DNA from: Octopus sinensis
Taxonomy: Eukaryota
Length of the DNA: 64,000 nucleotides
Assembly (NCBI RefSeq): GCF_006345805.1
Contig: NC_042997.1
Location: 31,310,001-31,374,000, forward strand
Reading direction: 5' to 3'
The notes under the pieces were generated by a model. The model was not told where the DNA came from and did not search any database. It was given only the letters and a program-made list of their open reading frames with translations. Each line of letters starts with the position of its first letter. Position 1 is the stretch's first letter. Below are positions 1 to 11,171 of this stretch, piece by piece. The position numbers were made by a program, and so were the translations under genes.

Positions 1-780
1 TTCAAATTCAGCCGAGGTCGACTTTGCCTTTCATCCTTTCGGGGTCGATAAATTAAGTACCGAATGCGTACTGTGGTCGATCTAATCGACTGGCTCCCTT
101 CCACCAAATTTCAGGCTTTGTGCCTACAGTCGGAAAGAATAGTCGAAGGCAGCGAGCTGGCCGGGCGAAATGTATAGCGGTATTTCGTCTGCCGTTATGT
201 TCTGAGTTCAAATTCCGCCGAGGTCGACTTTGCCTTTCATTCTTTCGGAGTCGATAAATTAAGTACCAGTTAAGCACTGGGGTCGAAATAATCGACTTAA
301 TCATCCCTTTGTCTGTCCTTGCTTGTCCCCTCTATGTTTGGTCCCTTGTGGGCAATAAAGAAATAAGAAACGTTAGCATGCCGGGCGAAATGTATAGCGG
401 TATTCCGTCTGCCGTTACGTTCTGAGTTTAAATTCCGCCGAGGTCGACTTTGCCTTTCATTCTTTCGGAGTCGATAAATTAAGTACCAGTTACGCACTGG
501 GGCCGATGTAATCGACTTAATACCTATGTCTGTCCTTGTTTGTCCCCTCTATGTTTAGTCCCTTGTGGGCAATAAAGAAATAAGAAACGTTAGCATGCCG
601 GGCGAAATGCTTAGCGGTATTTCGTGTCTTAACGCTCTGAGTTCAAATTCCACCGAGATCGACTTTGCCTTTCATCCTTTCGAAGTCGATAAATTAAGTA
701 CCAAATGCGTACTGGGGTCGATCTAATCGACTGCCCCCCTCCCTTAAAATTTCGGGCCTTGTGCCTAGAGTAGAAAAGAT
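1..780 (+). mobile_element. Head-to-tail array of about 4 tRNA-derived SINE family A copies
   Basis: Repeated unit: GAGCTGGC/AGAAACGTTAGCA head, B-box GAGTTCAAATTCC, core GCCTTTCATCCTTTCGGGGTCGATAAATTAAGTACC, with two alternative tails. Confidence 0.9.
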
Positions 781-1152
781 GTTATTGTGATGATTTGTTG
801 TTTTTGTAATAGTTCGTTGATTCTGAATGTATTGGTGGTAGTATTTCTGGTACTGCTCGTAGTAATCTTGAAGTGGTGGTAGTACTGGTGGTAATACTTC
901 TAATGGTAGTGGTGGCGGTGGTGATAGTCGTCGTAGTAGTGGTTATGGTTAATTCTGTATTTGTAGTTCTGGTGTCCGGGCATAGCTTTAAACTGCATCC
1001 CGGTGTGATACTCTAGTTCGGAAGTTCTAGAGTTGCGAGAAGCATGGAGTCACCCCTTAATCGTCATTATTCCCAGGTCCGTTCTGACTCGGAATGGTAG
1101 TACCTGCTAGCTGTATGGGTAGATTGAGCTCCTTAGCCGCGGTGAAAGGAAT

Positions 1153-1410
1153 GGTAAAGGTAAAAGTAAAGGTCACCTTCTCGAGTCATACGGATTCATA
1201 AAGGGGCCAGTTTCCCGGTTTCTATGGCGTATACATTCCCCACCTGGACGGGACGCCGGTCCATCGCAGGGTTACTCACTTTTGCCAGCTGAGTGAACTG
1301 GAGCAACGTGAAGTGACATGTTTTGCTCAAGGACACAATGCGTCGCCCGGTCCAGGGATCGAAACCATGATCATGAGTCCAACACTCTAACTACTAAACC
1401 AAGCGCCTCC
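1153..1410 (-). mobile_element. tRNA-derived CORE-type SINE (family D)
   Basis: Minus strand: tRNA-like head, GTGTCCTTGAGCAA core-like segment, CCCTGCGATGGACCGGCGTCCCGTCCAGG tail, ends in (CCTTTA)-like repeats. Confidence 0.75.
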
Positions 1411-1867
1411 ACGGTCAAAGAACTCAATCTCGGCGAAGGAAAACTTCAAAATTAATACCCTCTTCCATCTTGGCCTAAGCCAGCACGGAAGAGTACGGCT
1501 GATGAAACCAACATGAGGCATGTCAAACAACATAGATTTGAGGCAACTATCTCATGTTAGCGGGCGTTCTGTCGCAGGCAGAAATAGCGAGAAATAATGA
1601 GTTCTGCTGTTGTTATAAGTGGTTCTGGTGGTAGTTGTGGTGCTAGTAGTTCTGTTGGAAGTGGGCAGAAGTTTTAGTAGTGGCTATTGTTGAGGTAGTT
1701 TTTGTGATATTGGTGATAGAAATAAATGTCGTATTGGTGGTGCAACCAGTAACGATTAAGTTAAAGTTAAGGCAGTTATTACTGTTCTATATTTAAGAGA
1801 TGAGGAATTATGTACATTATTTACATTATTTACAATCGACGGATATTTGTCCTTATCTTGTTTGTTG

Positions 1868-1902
1868 TTAACACAACGTTTCGGTTGATATACCCTCCAG
1901 CC
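1868..1902 (-). ncRNA. 3' half of a hammerhead-like motif (catalytic 5' core absent)
   Basis: Minus strand GGCTG-gagggtatat-CAACC-GAAA-CG-TT-gtgtt; no CUGANGA upstream. Confidence 0.35.
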
Positions 1903-2009
1903 CACGGACATATGGCGTAGTGTTAAAAGAGCGGGCTACAACTAATAAAAGCAACAACATCGAAAAAATACCTTAGGAATGAGAACTCAGGTTCGATAAA
2001 CTCAGGAGT

Positions 2010-2290
2010 TGATAAATTAAGTACCAGTTATGCACTGGGGTCGATATAATCTACTTAATCCGTTTGTCTGTCCTTGTTTGTCCTCTCTGTGTTTAGCCCC
2101 TTGTGGGTAGTAAAGAAATAGGTATTTTGTCTGCAGCTACGTTTTGAGTTCAAATTTCGCCGAGGTCGACTTTGCCTCTCATCCCTTCGGGGTCAATGAA
2201 ATATTGAACCAGTTGAGCCCTGGGGTCGATCCAATCGAATATTCCCTTGCCTCAAAATTTTAGGCCTTATGTCTTTAGAAGAAAAGATGT
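2010..2290 (+). mobile_element. SINE family A, two partial tandem copies
   Basis: Same core, B-box and tails as 1-780. Confidence 0.8.
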
Positions 2291-2827
2291 TAAGATAATA
2301 GGGTAAGATTCGACTGCTATTTCAAGCAGGCCAAGCGACTGCGAAAATATAGACTCCTGTGATGAGCAACATTGAAGGTGTACAAGATGCACCTAGTCAG
2401 AGCGTGACTGTTGCTGTTCTGCACTTAACATTGGTGCTCTGCAGTCCATCACATGTTGCAACTAATTCATTGTATATCTGCTTTTATTTTATGTTTGTCT
2501 ATACTGAGTCAGAAAGATATGTGTTTTAGGATGTTGTTGTAGCAATGGCCGAAGGCGTTGTACATTCATTATTGGGTGCTTGAATTAATTATTTCGTGCT
2601 GGAAGCGACCGTGAACGTAAACGTTTCTTGCTGTAATTATACAGAGTCCTTTCATCTCTACGCGGTCTTTAATTTCTAATGCTTTTGTGTCATCTATGAT
2701 TGCGGTAATGTGAAGTGCACTAATATAGTTTCTTTTTTTTTCTTCTTTTCATTGTACTTGTCATTGTACTTACTTGGGAAAAGACTAAACAGTCTTATCA
2801 GGACCGACAATAACAACAATAACATCA

Positions 2828-2838
2828 TGTTGCTGATG

Positions 2839-2928
<90 letters not shown>

Positions 2929-2940
2929 GAGCTACTACCG
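2828..2940. repeat. (CTG)n/(CTA)n compound microsatellite
   Basis: Direct inspection; explains the poly-Leu ORF 2710-2964. Confidence 0.95.
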
Positions 2941-3033
2941 CCAGCAGCAGAATTTCAGATATAGTTAATGTATAGAAATGCTTATGTATTTGTGGCGGAA
3001 TAAAATTTGTGATTGGGCATAGTTTTATCTGTA

Positions 3034-3897
3034 CGTGGTCTGATCAATAAGTATCCGGACTGTTGCCATAGTAATGAAGCTAAGGCACGCAGAGTAGAGC
3101 CGCTTGGCAGAGATTGACTTTGAACTCTGCTGTGCATACGCACTAAGTTTTAACGCTCTAGCTCACTTCTGTTGTTTACAACAGTGCTTGGAAGTAACTT
3201 GTGTGTTACGTGTGTTCGTCGAATTGAACATAATAGGGAAAGTTGAGCAGAGAATCTGCATCAAATTTCGCCAAAAGCTTGGCGATATTTGCTCAGAGGC
3301 CTACGCAAAGTTTTCAAAAAGTTTTCGACGTTCTCGACACAATCAAGATGTTGCGCAACTGAAACCCGAGTGTCTTTTTGGTCAGTTGAAAGCAGTTTTG
3401 GCACAAACTTGACAGACACGCGTCTCATAAACAAATCTTCTGTGATAATGGACTGAACTGAACCGTAACTAATTTGCCCATCCCCCGGTAACTCACGGAT
3501 GGTGATTTAACGATTTCCCCTCACAGCTGCACGTACATCGATGTGTTTTTTCAATTTTGCTGGTTGCGAGTCTCCCAGAACGTTCGTCAAAATCAACATT
3601 TTTTGGCCATCTTGTGTGTGGCTCCTCTCCATACACTCCTCTCCATACACTTTCTGCTACTTTGCATAGGCCTCTGAGCAGCTATCGCCATGACAAATTT
3701 CTCTGTCACGATCAATGCGACGATCAAACTTTACACACAATACTTCGAAGCAGTGCTGGAAACAGCGGAAGTGAGCTAGAGCGCTAACACTTAGTGCACA
3801 TGCACAGCAGAGATCAAGGTCAATCTGCGCCAAGCGGCTTCACTCTGCATTTTTTAGCTTCATTACTATGGCAACAGTCCGGCTGTGAATTTGATCG
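3034..3897. mobile_element. Mariner-derived fold-back element with two 5' ends
   Basis: TA-flanked. + arm encodes KVEQRICIKF..KLGD.CSEAY (mariner HTH start). - arm runs through RRVSVKFVPKLL to ENVENFLKT. Arms share CCGGACTGTTGCCATAGTAATGAAGCTAA. Confidence 0.85.
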
Positions 3898-3924
3898 TAT
3901 AAAACTATATATACATACATACAC

Positions 3925-3985
<61 letters not shown>

Positions 3986-4025
3986 CACATATATATGTAT
4001 ATGTATGCATGTGTATATATATATA

Positions 4026-4110
<85 letters not shown>

Positions 4111-4149
4111 TATATATATAATTTCAAGTAATAAAAGTCATTATTGTGA

Positions 4150-5215
4150 ATTTTTAAAGAGATTCAAAGGCATATCGGTTTCGTAAAATTACTGATCACT
4201 GCTTTGAATGCGCACCGATTACCGAACGGTGTCGGGTCTACTAGTCCTTGGGTAAAAATATTATGTGTAAGGGAGGGAAGTAGTTTTGGATTTGGTGCAC
4301 TTAGGGTAGCTATAGATCTATAATGTGAATGGTGTATGGGATGTATGGGGGGTTAGTGATATTAATTGAAAGGTTAGTAGTGTTCTGTAATGAGGTATGT
4401 GTTCATATTGAGTTGTGGAAGATATTTATTGATGAAAGTTGCCTCTTTATTCATTCTTTGCTCTACTGAGGTGTTCTGTGAACATTGATAGAAGGGGAAA
4501 ATTAGGAAATTAGAATTAAGGTTCCTAGCACACCTTTCTATGTATTCATTGAGCTGTATCTGTCTGAACTGTGGGTGGCGGATTTGTTCTTTGTGGAGAG
4601 TGGTTCTTCGACGGACTGATATTCCTATTTGGCCAATATAATTATTACCACACCCTAAGCATGTAATGGCATAGATTAGGTTTTCCGAAGCACAGGTGAA
4701 ATTTGATTTAATCTTAAATATTTCACCTTGTTTAAAGTGGAACTCTGAACCCTCCAGAAGGTGGGAAATGTACCACAGTTAGGTCAACCACATTTTTTCA
4801 CTTTTGGTTCCGTTGTTAATGGATATGGTCTGGTGCTGGTTAAATTTTTTTTTATGATTTCAGTTGCATTTTGCTTTTAATAATTTTGGTAAGCCTAAAA
4901 AATTTTCTTTATTGTTTTATCTCCTGTGAGAATGGGTAGATTTTGGATGAAAATGTTAAAGGCTTCATTGTTTCTAGGGTTATGTGTGGAGATGTATGGG
5001 AGTATTTTTAAGTCTGGTGCAGTGTTTCGGTTGATTTCCCTTAATGTTCGTATATCTATTTCCTTAGCTCGTTTAATGTCATCATTTATTAATGATATTG
5101 GGTAATATCTTTTGATTAGTATTGATCTGAGTTCAAGGAGTCTTCGTTCATGAGTATAGGTGTCCGAAACTATGGTACAGATTATTTTCGCTAGATTATA
5201 AGGTGTATACTCTTT
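4150..5215 (-). mobile_element. Penelope-like retroelement 3' fragment (RT thumb, Zn-knuckle linker, GIY-YIG endonuclease), decayed
   Basis: 4730->4374 reads IKSNFTCASENLIYAITCLGCGNNYIGQIG...EATFINKYLPQLN; upstream KKCG*PNCGT and YNLARKIICTIVSD; stops and frameshifts present. Confidence 0.9.
4162..4209 (-). ncRNA. Type I hammerhead ribozyme variant (G3-C8 core), slightly degenerate
   Basis: attcaaagca-GTGATCA-gtaa tt ttac-GAAA-ccga-TA-tgcctttgaat; stem I 3+7 bp with a one-nt bulge. Confidence 0.65.
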
Positions 5216-5610
5216 ACTCTTTTACTTCTTTCAGTCATTTGACTGTGGCCATGCTGGAGCACCGCCTTTTAGTCGAGCAAATCGACCCCGGGACTTATTC
5301 TTTGTAAGCCCAGTACTTATTCTATCGGTCTCTTTTGCCGAACTGCTAAGTGACAGGGACGTAAACACACCAGCATCAGTTGTCAAGCAATGCTAGAGGG
5401 ACAAACACATACACACAAACACACACATATACATATATATATATATACGACAGGCTTCTTTCAGTTTCCGTCTACCAAATCCACTCGCAAGGCATCGGTC
5501 GGCCCGGGGCTATAGCAGAAGACACTTGCCCAAGATGCCACACAGTGGGACTGAACCCGGAACCATGTGGTTGGTTAGCAAACTACTTACCACACAGCCA
5601 CTCCTGCGCC
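5216..5610 (-). mobile_element. SINE family B (tRNA head, internal TA/TG microsatellite), full length
   Basis: AGGAGTGGCTGTGTGGTAAG head, GGGTTCAGTCCC B-box, CTTGGGCAAGTGTC, 3' (GAGTAAA) repeats. Confidence 0.9.
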
Positions 5611-5620
5611 TATATATATA

Positions 5621-5673
<53 letters not shown>

Positions 5674-5729
5674 TATGTAGTCATCATCAGTTTGTATATA
5701 TGCATGTATCTATGTATGTGTCTTTGTGC

Positions 5730-5960
5730 CTGTGTTTGTCCCTCCCCATCACCGCTTGACAACCGCTGTTGGTGTGTTTAAGTCCCTCTTAACTTAGCGT
5801 GGAAATAAATAAATAAATAAATAAATAAATAAAGAGATCGATAGAATAAGTACCAGGCTTTAAAAAAATAAGTCCTGGGGTCGATTTGTTCGGCTAGAAC
5901 CCTTCAAGGCGGTGCTCCACCATGGCTGCAGTCAAATTACTGGAAAATAAAGGAGTAAAA
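5730..5960 (+). mobile_element. SINE family B 3' half
   Basis: GTGTTTGTCC...GATAGAATAAGTAC...GGCGGTGCTCC. Confidence 0.8.
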
Positions 5961-5979
5961 GGATAAAAGGATGTATATA

Positions 5980-6023
<44 letters not shown>

Positions 6024-6024
6024 A

Positions 6025-6079
<55 letters not shown>

Positions 6080-6273
6080 TACATAACTGTGTGTGCGTAA
6101 TATTCGTAACCGAAGACAGAGTAAGCGCTGTAAATTAAACAATCACCAAGATACAGAAGTCCCGGTGCACGAGAAATTAATAGAAAGTCAATTCTAGTAT
6201 AGTTAACGTAGGATGTCATGAAAATTTATTTCATTAAAAGTTATATCCTTCACGATCTGAATGATAATGTTTT

Positions 6274-6385
6274 ATGTCACAAATGACTAATTCGGGTCAA
6301 AATGACTTACGGAGACAACCTCGTGAAATGGGCTCTAAGTTAAGCCAGTTTAATGTAAGAACTCCACCTCCTGTTAAACCATTAG
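6274..6385 (+). CDS. Candidate coding exon of an unidentified host gene
   Basis: Unique sequence; open frame MSQMTNSGQNDLRRQPREMGSKLSQFNVRTPPPVKPL ends at the consensus donor AG|GTAAGA (6385/6386); no homology recognised. Confidence 0.25.
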
Positions 6386-6494
6386 GTAAGAACCCCATCA
6401 GCTCTCTGTTTTTATAATAGCAAATGCAAACACCTTCTGAGTGATGGTGGATGATACGGTGAGTTTTGAAGTAGAAGTAATATCATTACTGACA

Positions 6495-6532
<38 letters not shown>

Positions 6533-7399
6533 GCTCTCTCCCCCTCTCTTTGTATTCCTCTTTCTGCCTCTTTCGCTCTTTGTATATCTCCCTTTTTTTT
6601 TGTCATACCATCTATTTGCCAGTCTCTCTGTCCCAATCAAACTTCACTATCTCTGTATCACCGTCCCTTCTCTTTTTCTCTCAGGTATCGTTTTTCTAAT
6701 GTCTCTTATCAGTAATATCACAACACACAGGTCCTAAAAGTATTAGAAAAAATATAGGGAACAAGAATTAGCATCATTTTAAAAAGATACGATTATCTTA
6801 ATTCTCTCTGGGAAAGTCTTAGGTAAATTCCTTAATCCCTTGATACAATACACCAACAGTATCACAGTTAGGCATTTCAGCTTCATTTATCAGAGCAAGA
6901 GTTTTAAATTCTGATTAATGATCTGTACAGTTTACTTGGCAAAGAGGTTAGGAGCCAGCGATCGACTCAATCTTTATTCGCCTATTCACTTTGAGAAAAG
7001 AACGAATAAACCACAACTGACTATTGCTCAAACCACACTGTATGTGGATTTCGTTTCACTTATGCCACCGCTTAATGCTTTGAATATTCCCCTACAATGT
7101 CCCTTATTTTCTTATCTTCATCCTAAATCACTAGCAAACTTTTGCACTTAACCGTCCTAGCAATTTCATTCAAATCCTCATTTTCTGGCGCGGAAGAAGG
7201 CGGAAAAAAAAAAAAAAAAAAAAAGAGAAAAGCAAATTGCTACGGAATATGGTGTGGTGGTGGATGATCGGAAGGTTCGTGGTGCTAAAGCAGAAGACAA
7301 AAAAAGAACGAAAAGGTGGTGGTGGTTGGGTGCTGTGCAGTGGTAGTAGAGTAAAATTGTCATTAGAGCTAAATCTCCGAGAGAAATAACAGAATTATT

Positions 7400-7800
7400 T
7401 CCTCCCTCTCAATTTTCCTCTTCTGTGATGAACGAAACGTGGCTGGTTTCTTCTCTCCTTTTCTCTTCCCTTTTTATCTCCCTTTATGCATCTCTCTCTT
7501 ACGATCTCTTCGCCACTAAAATCTGGAGAGCTGTCGTAATTCTCCTGGCCGGTAAAGCGCATGCGTGTTTTCCTTTCTCGATCTTTTATACCCTCCCCTT
7601 ACTTTCTCTCTTTTCCTACTTTGCGAGTCAGGCATCAGCAGACCGGCAGGTCGGAGGCTAAGGCTCTGGTAACAGTGATTCCTCGACAGACGGTGCGTTT
7701 GATGGCCGCGACTGGATGGTTGCTTGACACTATCAGTGTGTAAATCTTCCTGTGGATTATTGTCCGTAACGAACTGATGAACAGATAACTGAAAACGTGC

Positions 7801-7867
<67 letters not shown>

Positions 7868-7950
7868 GGGGGGAAGTTTCGTTTTTACTCCAACTGCAGT
7901 TTTCCATACAATTTGTTACGGCAGAACGTCGGGGATATAATGATATCATT
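7400..7950. promoter_or_regulatory. Possible promoter/5' UTR region around a (GA)30 tract
   Basis: Non-repetitive and relatively GC/CpG-rich; two TCAGTT Inr-like hexamers on the minus strand next to (GA)n 7803-7862. Confidence 0.2.
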
Positions 7951-8494
7951 GCTACACTCCGTTTCTTTACGTTAATTCATGAGGGACACCAATTTGCTGA
8001 AAGGAAAGAAATCTAGAATGAAAGCAGCAACAACAAGATCACTACAACAACAATAACAACAGCAAGAGGAAGAAGACAGAAACAACAACAACAATAATAA
8101 CAGAAACCCAAATAATATCAATAATAATAAACAATATTGATGATGTTAATGAACATGATGTTGATTGTAATAATGATGCTGATGAGGATGATAATTAATG
8201 ATAACAAATAAACAAAAACGCAGCTAATAGGAATGAAATAAAATTAATTGGCATTCTTTCAGTTTATATATTGATCAGCAATTGCTAATTGCAAAAGTTC
8301 TGCTTAAGCAGTAATCAAATAAACACAATAAAGATATCAAAATATAGAAAGAAACGAAATAAAATAACACAGAAAAAAAGAAAAAGAAAAATGCAGATTT
8401 ATAGAATTCACGCTTCATGACCACCACCAAAAATATAGAACAACACCAACAACAACAACAAAATTATGTTTTCTGTTCAATTTGTCTTTATTGG

Positions 8495-8850
8495 AATTTC
8501 GTATTCGGCGGCCGGACCAAATGCTTAGCGACATTTCGTCCGTCGTTAACGTTCTGAGTTCAAATTCCGCTGAGGTCGTCTATGCATTTTATCCTTTCGG
8601 GGCCGTTCAAGAATTTGAACCTGGAGATCCCCATTTCCAACGACTTCGAGGGCCACCTCCCTGTGGTGTCGGGCGTCAACGAAGAGCCCTCGACTACAAC
8701 AAGACGACCAAAGTTTTTTTTTTCCAAGGTCTGGGGTCTCCCACCCCTAATCCCTAGACCATCATCCTTACTCGCCTTGTTGCTTAACAAAAAAAAAAAA
8801 AAATCCTTTCGGGTTCGATGAAATCAGTACCAGCCCAAGAACTGGGGTCG
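8495..8850 (+). mobile_element. SINE family A interrupted by a retro-insertion
   Basis: Head and B-box to 8601; core resumes at 8803. Confidence 0.8.
8602..8802 (+). mobile_element. 5'-truncated poly(A)-tailed retro-insertion with 11-bp TSD
   Basis: ATCCTTTCGGG at 8591-8601 and 8803-8813; insert ends in an A-run of about 15. Confidence 0.8.
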
Positions 8851-9189
8851 GATCGTGTTAAAACGTCTTCCAACCACTTGAAGTATCAATTTTTCACAAG
8901 ATATATTTTTTTCACATTTATCTCTGTATTATTAATTTCTAGGTAAAAAAAAAAAATTAAAAAACAAATGCGATTTTCATCATTAGCATGCAAAAATATA
9001 TATATATTGAAAATAATGGGGTGAAAATATCTTATACTTCAAGCAGGAAGAAATTTAGCAAGAGCCCTGAGGTGGTTATAATTGTCTAGCCCCTTCCGCA
9101 AAGCTTTAAGCTATAGTAGAAATTAATCCTATAGTAGAAAGGATTAATATTTTTATATTATTAACTGAAAAAAATACAAAAAAAAAAAA

Positions 9190-9383
9190 CATAGATAAGC
9201 GTGGCTGTGTGGTAAGAAGTGCGTTTCTCAATCACATAGCTTCTGTTTCAGTTCCTTTGCGTTGCACCGTGGGCTAGTGTCTTCTATTATAGCCTTGTGC
9301 CGACCAAAAGTTTGCGAATGGATTTGGTAGACAGAAACTGAAAGACGCCCATCGTATGCACACACACACACACACACACACTC

Positions 9384-9423
<40 letters not shown>

Positions 9424-9600
9424 ATTGTCTTGGTGTTTGTCTTCCACTACTGTGTAACAACCAGTGTTAGTTTGTTTACTTTCCCGTAACTTAACGGTTT
9501 GACAAAAGAGACCGATAGAATAAGTACCACGCGTATGAAAAAACATAAGAAAGAGGGTCAATTCGTTCGACTAAAACTCTTCAAGTTGGTTCCCTAGCAT
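9190..9600 (+). mobile_element. SINE family B, diverged
   Basis: Head, GAAACTGAAAGA, internal microsatellite and tail present. Confidence 0.8.
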
Positions 9601-9699
9601 GACCTTAGTCTAATGATTGAGGCAATTAAAAGGCGTGGCTGTGTAGTAAGAAGATCAAAGCCTTGCGAGTGGAAGCCCGTCGTATATATTCAAGCGGTG

Positions 9700-9751
9700 G
9701 TGGTGATGAGTGGGACAAACACAGACACAAAGACACACATATAGAAAGACA

Positions 9752-9810
<59 letters not shown>

Positions 9811-10348
9811 CATACTAGCAGTATCGCCCGGCGTTGCTCGGGTTTGTAAGGGAAATAACTATAAAGCATTTTTAGAGAGTTATAGCCTAAAAAATGGGAA
9901 AAAAAAATGATGGTAATTTTTTTTTAGTTAAAAAGGTCGAGTTGCGTCCCCTAGACAGTCTGTGGTTTGTGTTTCTGATTCTCGACCCCATGTCGAATTT
10001 ATCGATTTTTTTCAGAACTGGGGGAACTTTTCAAAATTTTCGCTGCGTTAGTTTTGAATTATGACATTGGGCTATGTGTGTGTCAAGTTTCATCAGAATC
10101 GGTTGAAAGCCGTGGTCAGGGTGAGGGTACAACCTAACAGACACACAGACACACACACAGACAAACTGCCGTTTATATATAGAGAGATATACGACGGGCC
10201 TCTTTCAGTTTCCGTCTACCAAATCCACTCACAAGGCTTTGGTGGGGCCGAGGCTATAGTAGAAGACACTTGCCCAAGGTGCCACGCAGTGGGTCCGAAC
10301 CCGGAAACATGTGGCTGGTAAGCAAGCTACTTACCACACATCCACTCC
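9700..10348 (-). mobile_element. SINE family B split by a Helitron-like insertion
   Basis: Halves at 9700-9813 and 10189-10348. Confidence 0.75.
9814..10188 (+). mobile_element. Non-autonomous Helitron-like element (Lep1/HINE-type architecture)
   Basis: Starts ACTAGCAGTATCGCCCGGCG; has AAGTTTCATCAGAATCGGTT and (ACAG/AC)n near the 3' end; ends TTTATATATAGAGAGAT; no TSD. Confidence 0.7.
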
Positions 10349-11075
10349 TTTTACGCCTTTTACAATATACATAAAATTGCAGTGTAAATGACCATAAATT
10401 GATATCTGCTCTTATAGTAGTTATTTAACCCCAGGTTAGCCTCGATCGAGAGGATATACGGACTAATGCAATTCCTCTATAACTTGTTTTTATTTAGAGA
10501 ATGTAGCCTTGTGTGGAATTATGGAAATTTGGTATTTTTTGTAGACTGGGAGACGATGTAGAATCCTCCATGTTGATTTGTTCTGATATTAAACAAATAA
10601 GAGAGCAATTCCGTTGACTGAAAAGAAAATGGCGGTTACACTGAATTCCGATAACTAGCATATAGATCTGATTATTATTATTCCGAAATTAGGTAATAAG
10701 TTTTATATTGCCTCTCATTTCCCCATGTCGCTAACATATAACCACATATATACATATTTTCATTCATATATTCATATGCACTTATATATATATATATACA
10801 CATACACACATATGCGTATGTATGTATGTATGTATGCATGTATGTATGTATGTATGTATGTATGTATGTATGTATGTATGTATGTATGTATGTATGTATT
10901 AGAATAAGAAATACAAAATCCTTGGTACTGTATTATATATTTGAAAAAAGGAATAGAAACAGCATTTCTGATAATTTTCCCACTTTAACAATAAGATGTT
11001 TATAAGTTTAAACTTAAAAAATATAATTATTAAAGTGGAAAACTTATCAGAAATGCCATTTCTATACACACACAC

Positions 11076-11150
<75 letters not shown>

Positions 11151-11171
11151 TACACACACACACACACACAA

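Noticed and set aside
1-780. Regularly repeated units resembling a CRISPR array or satellite
   Set aside because: Units are ~215-bp SINE copies with no unique spacers, in a eukaryotic context with no cas genes.
1495-1540. CTGATGA at about 1499 (also about 7776, 17449, 54656 and 55781)
   Set aside because: No correctly placed stem II-GAAA-stem III-UH with a closing stem I.
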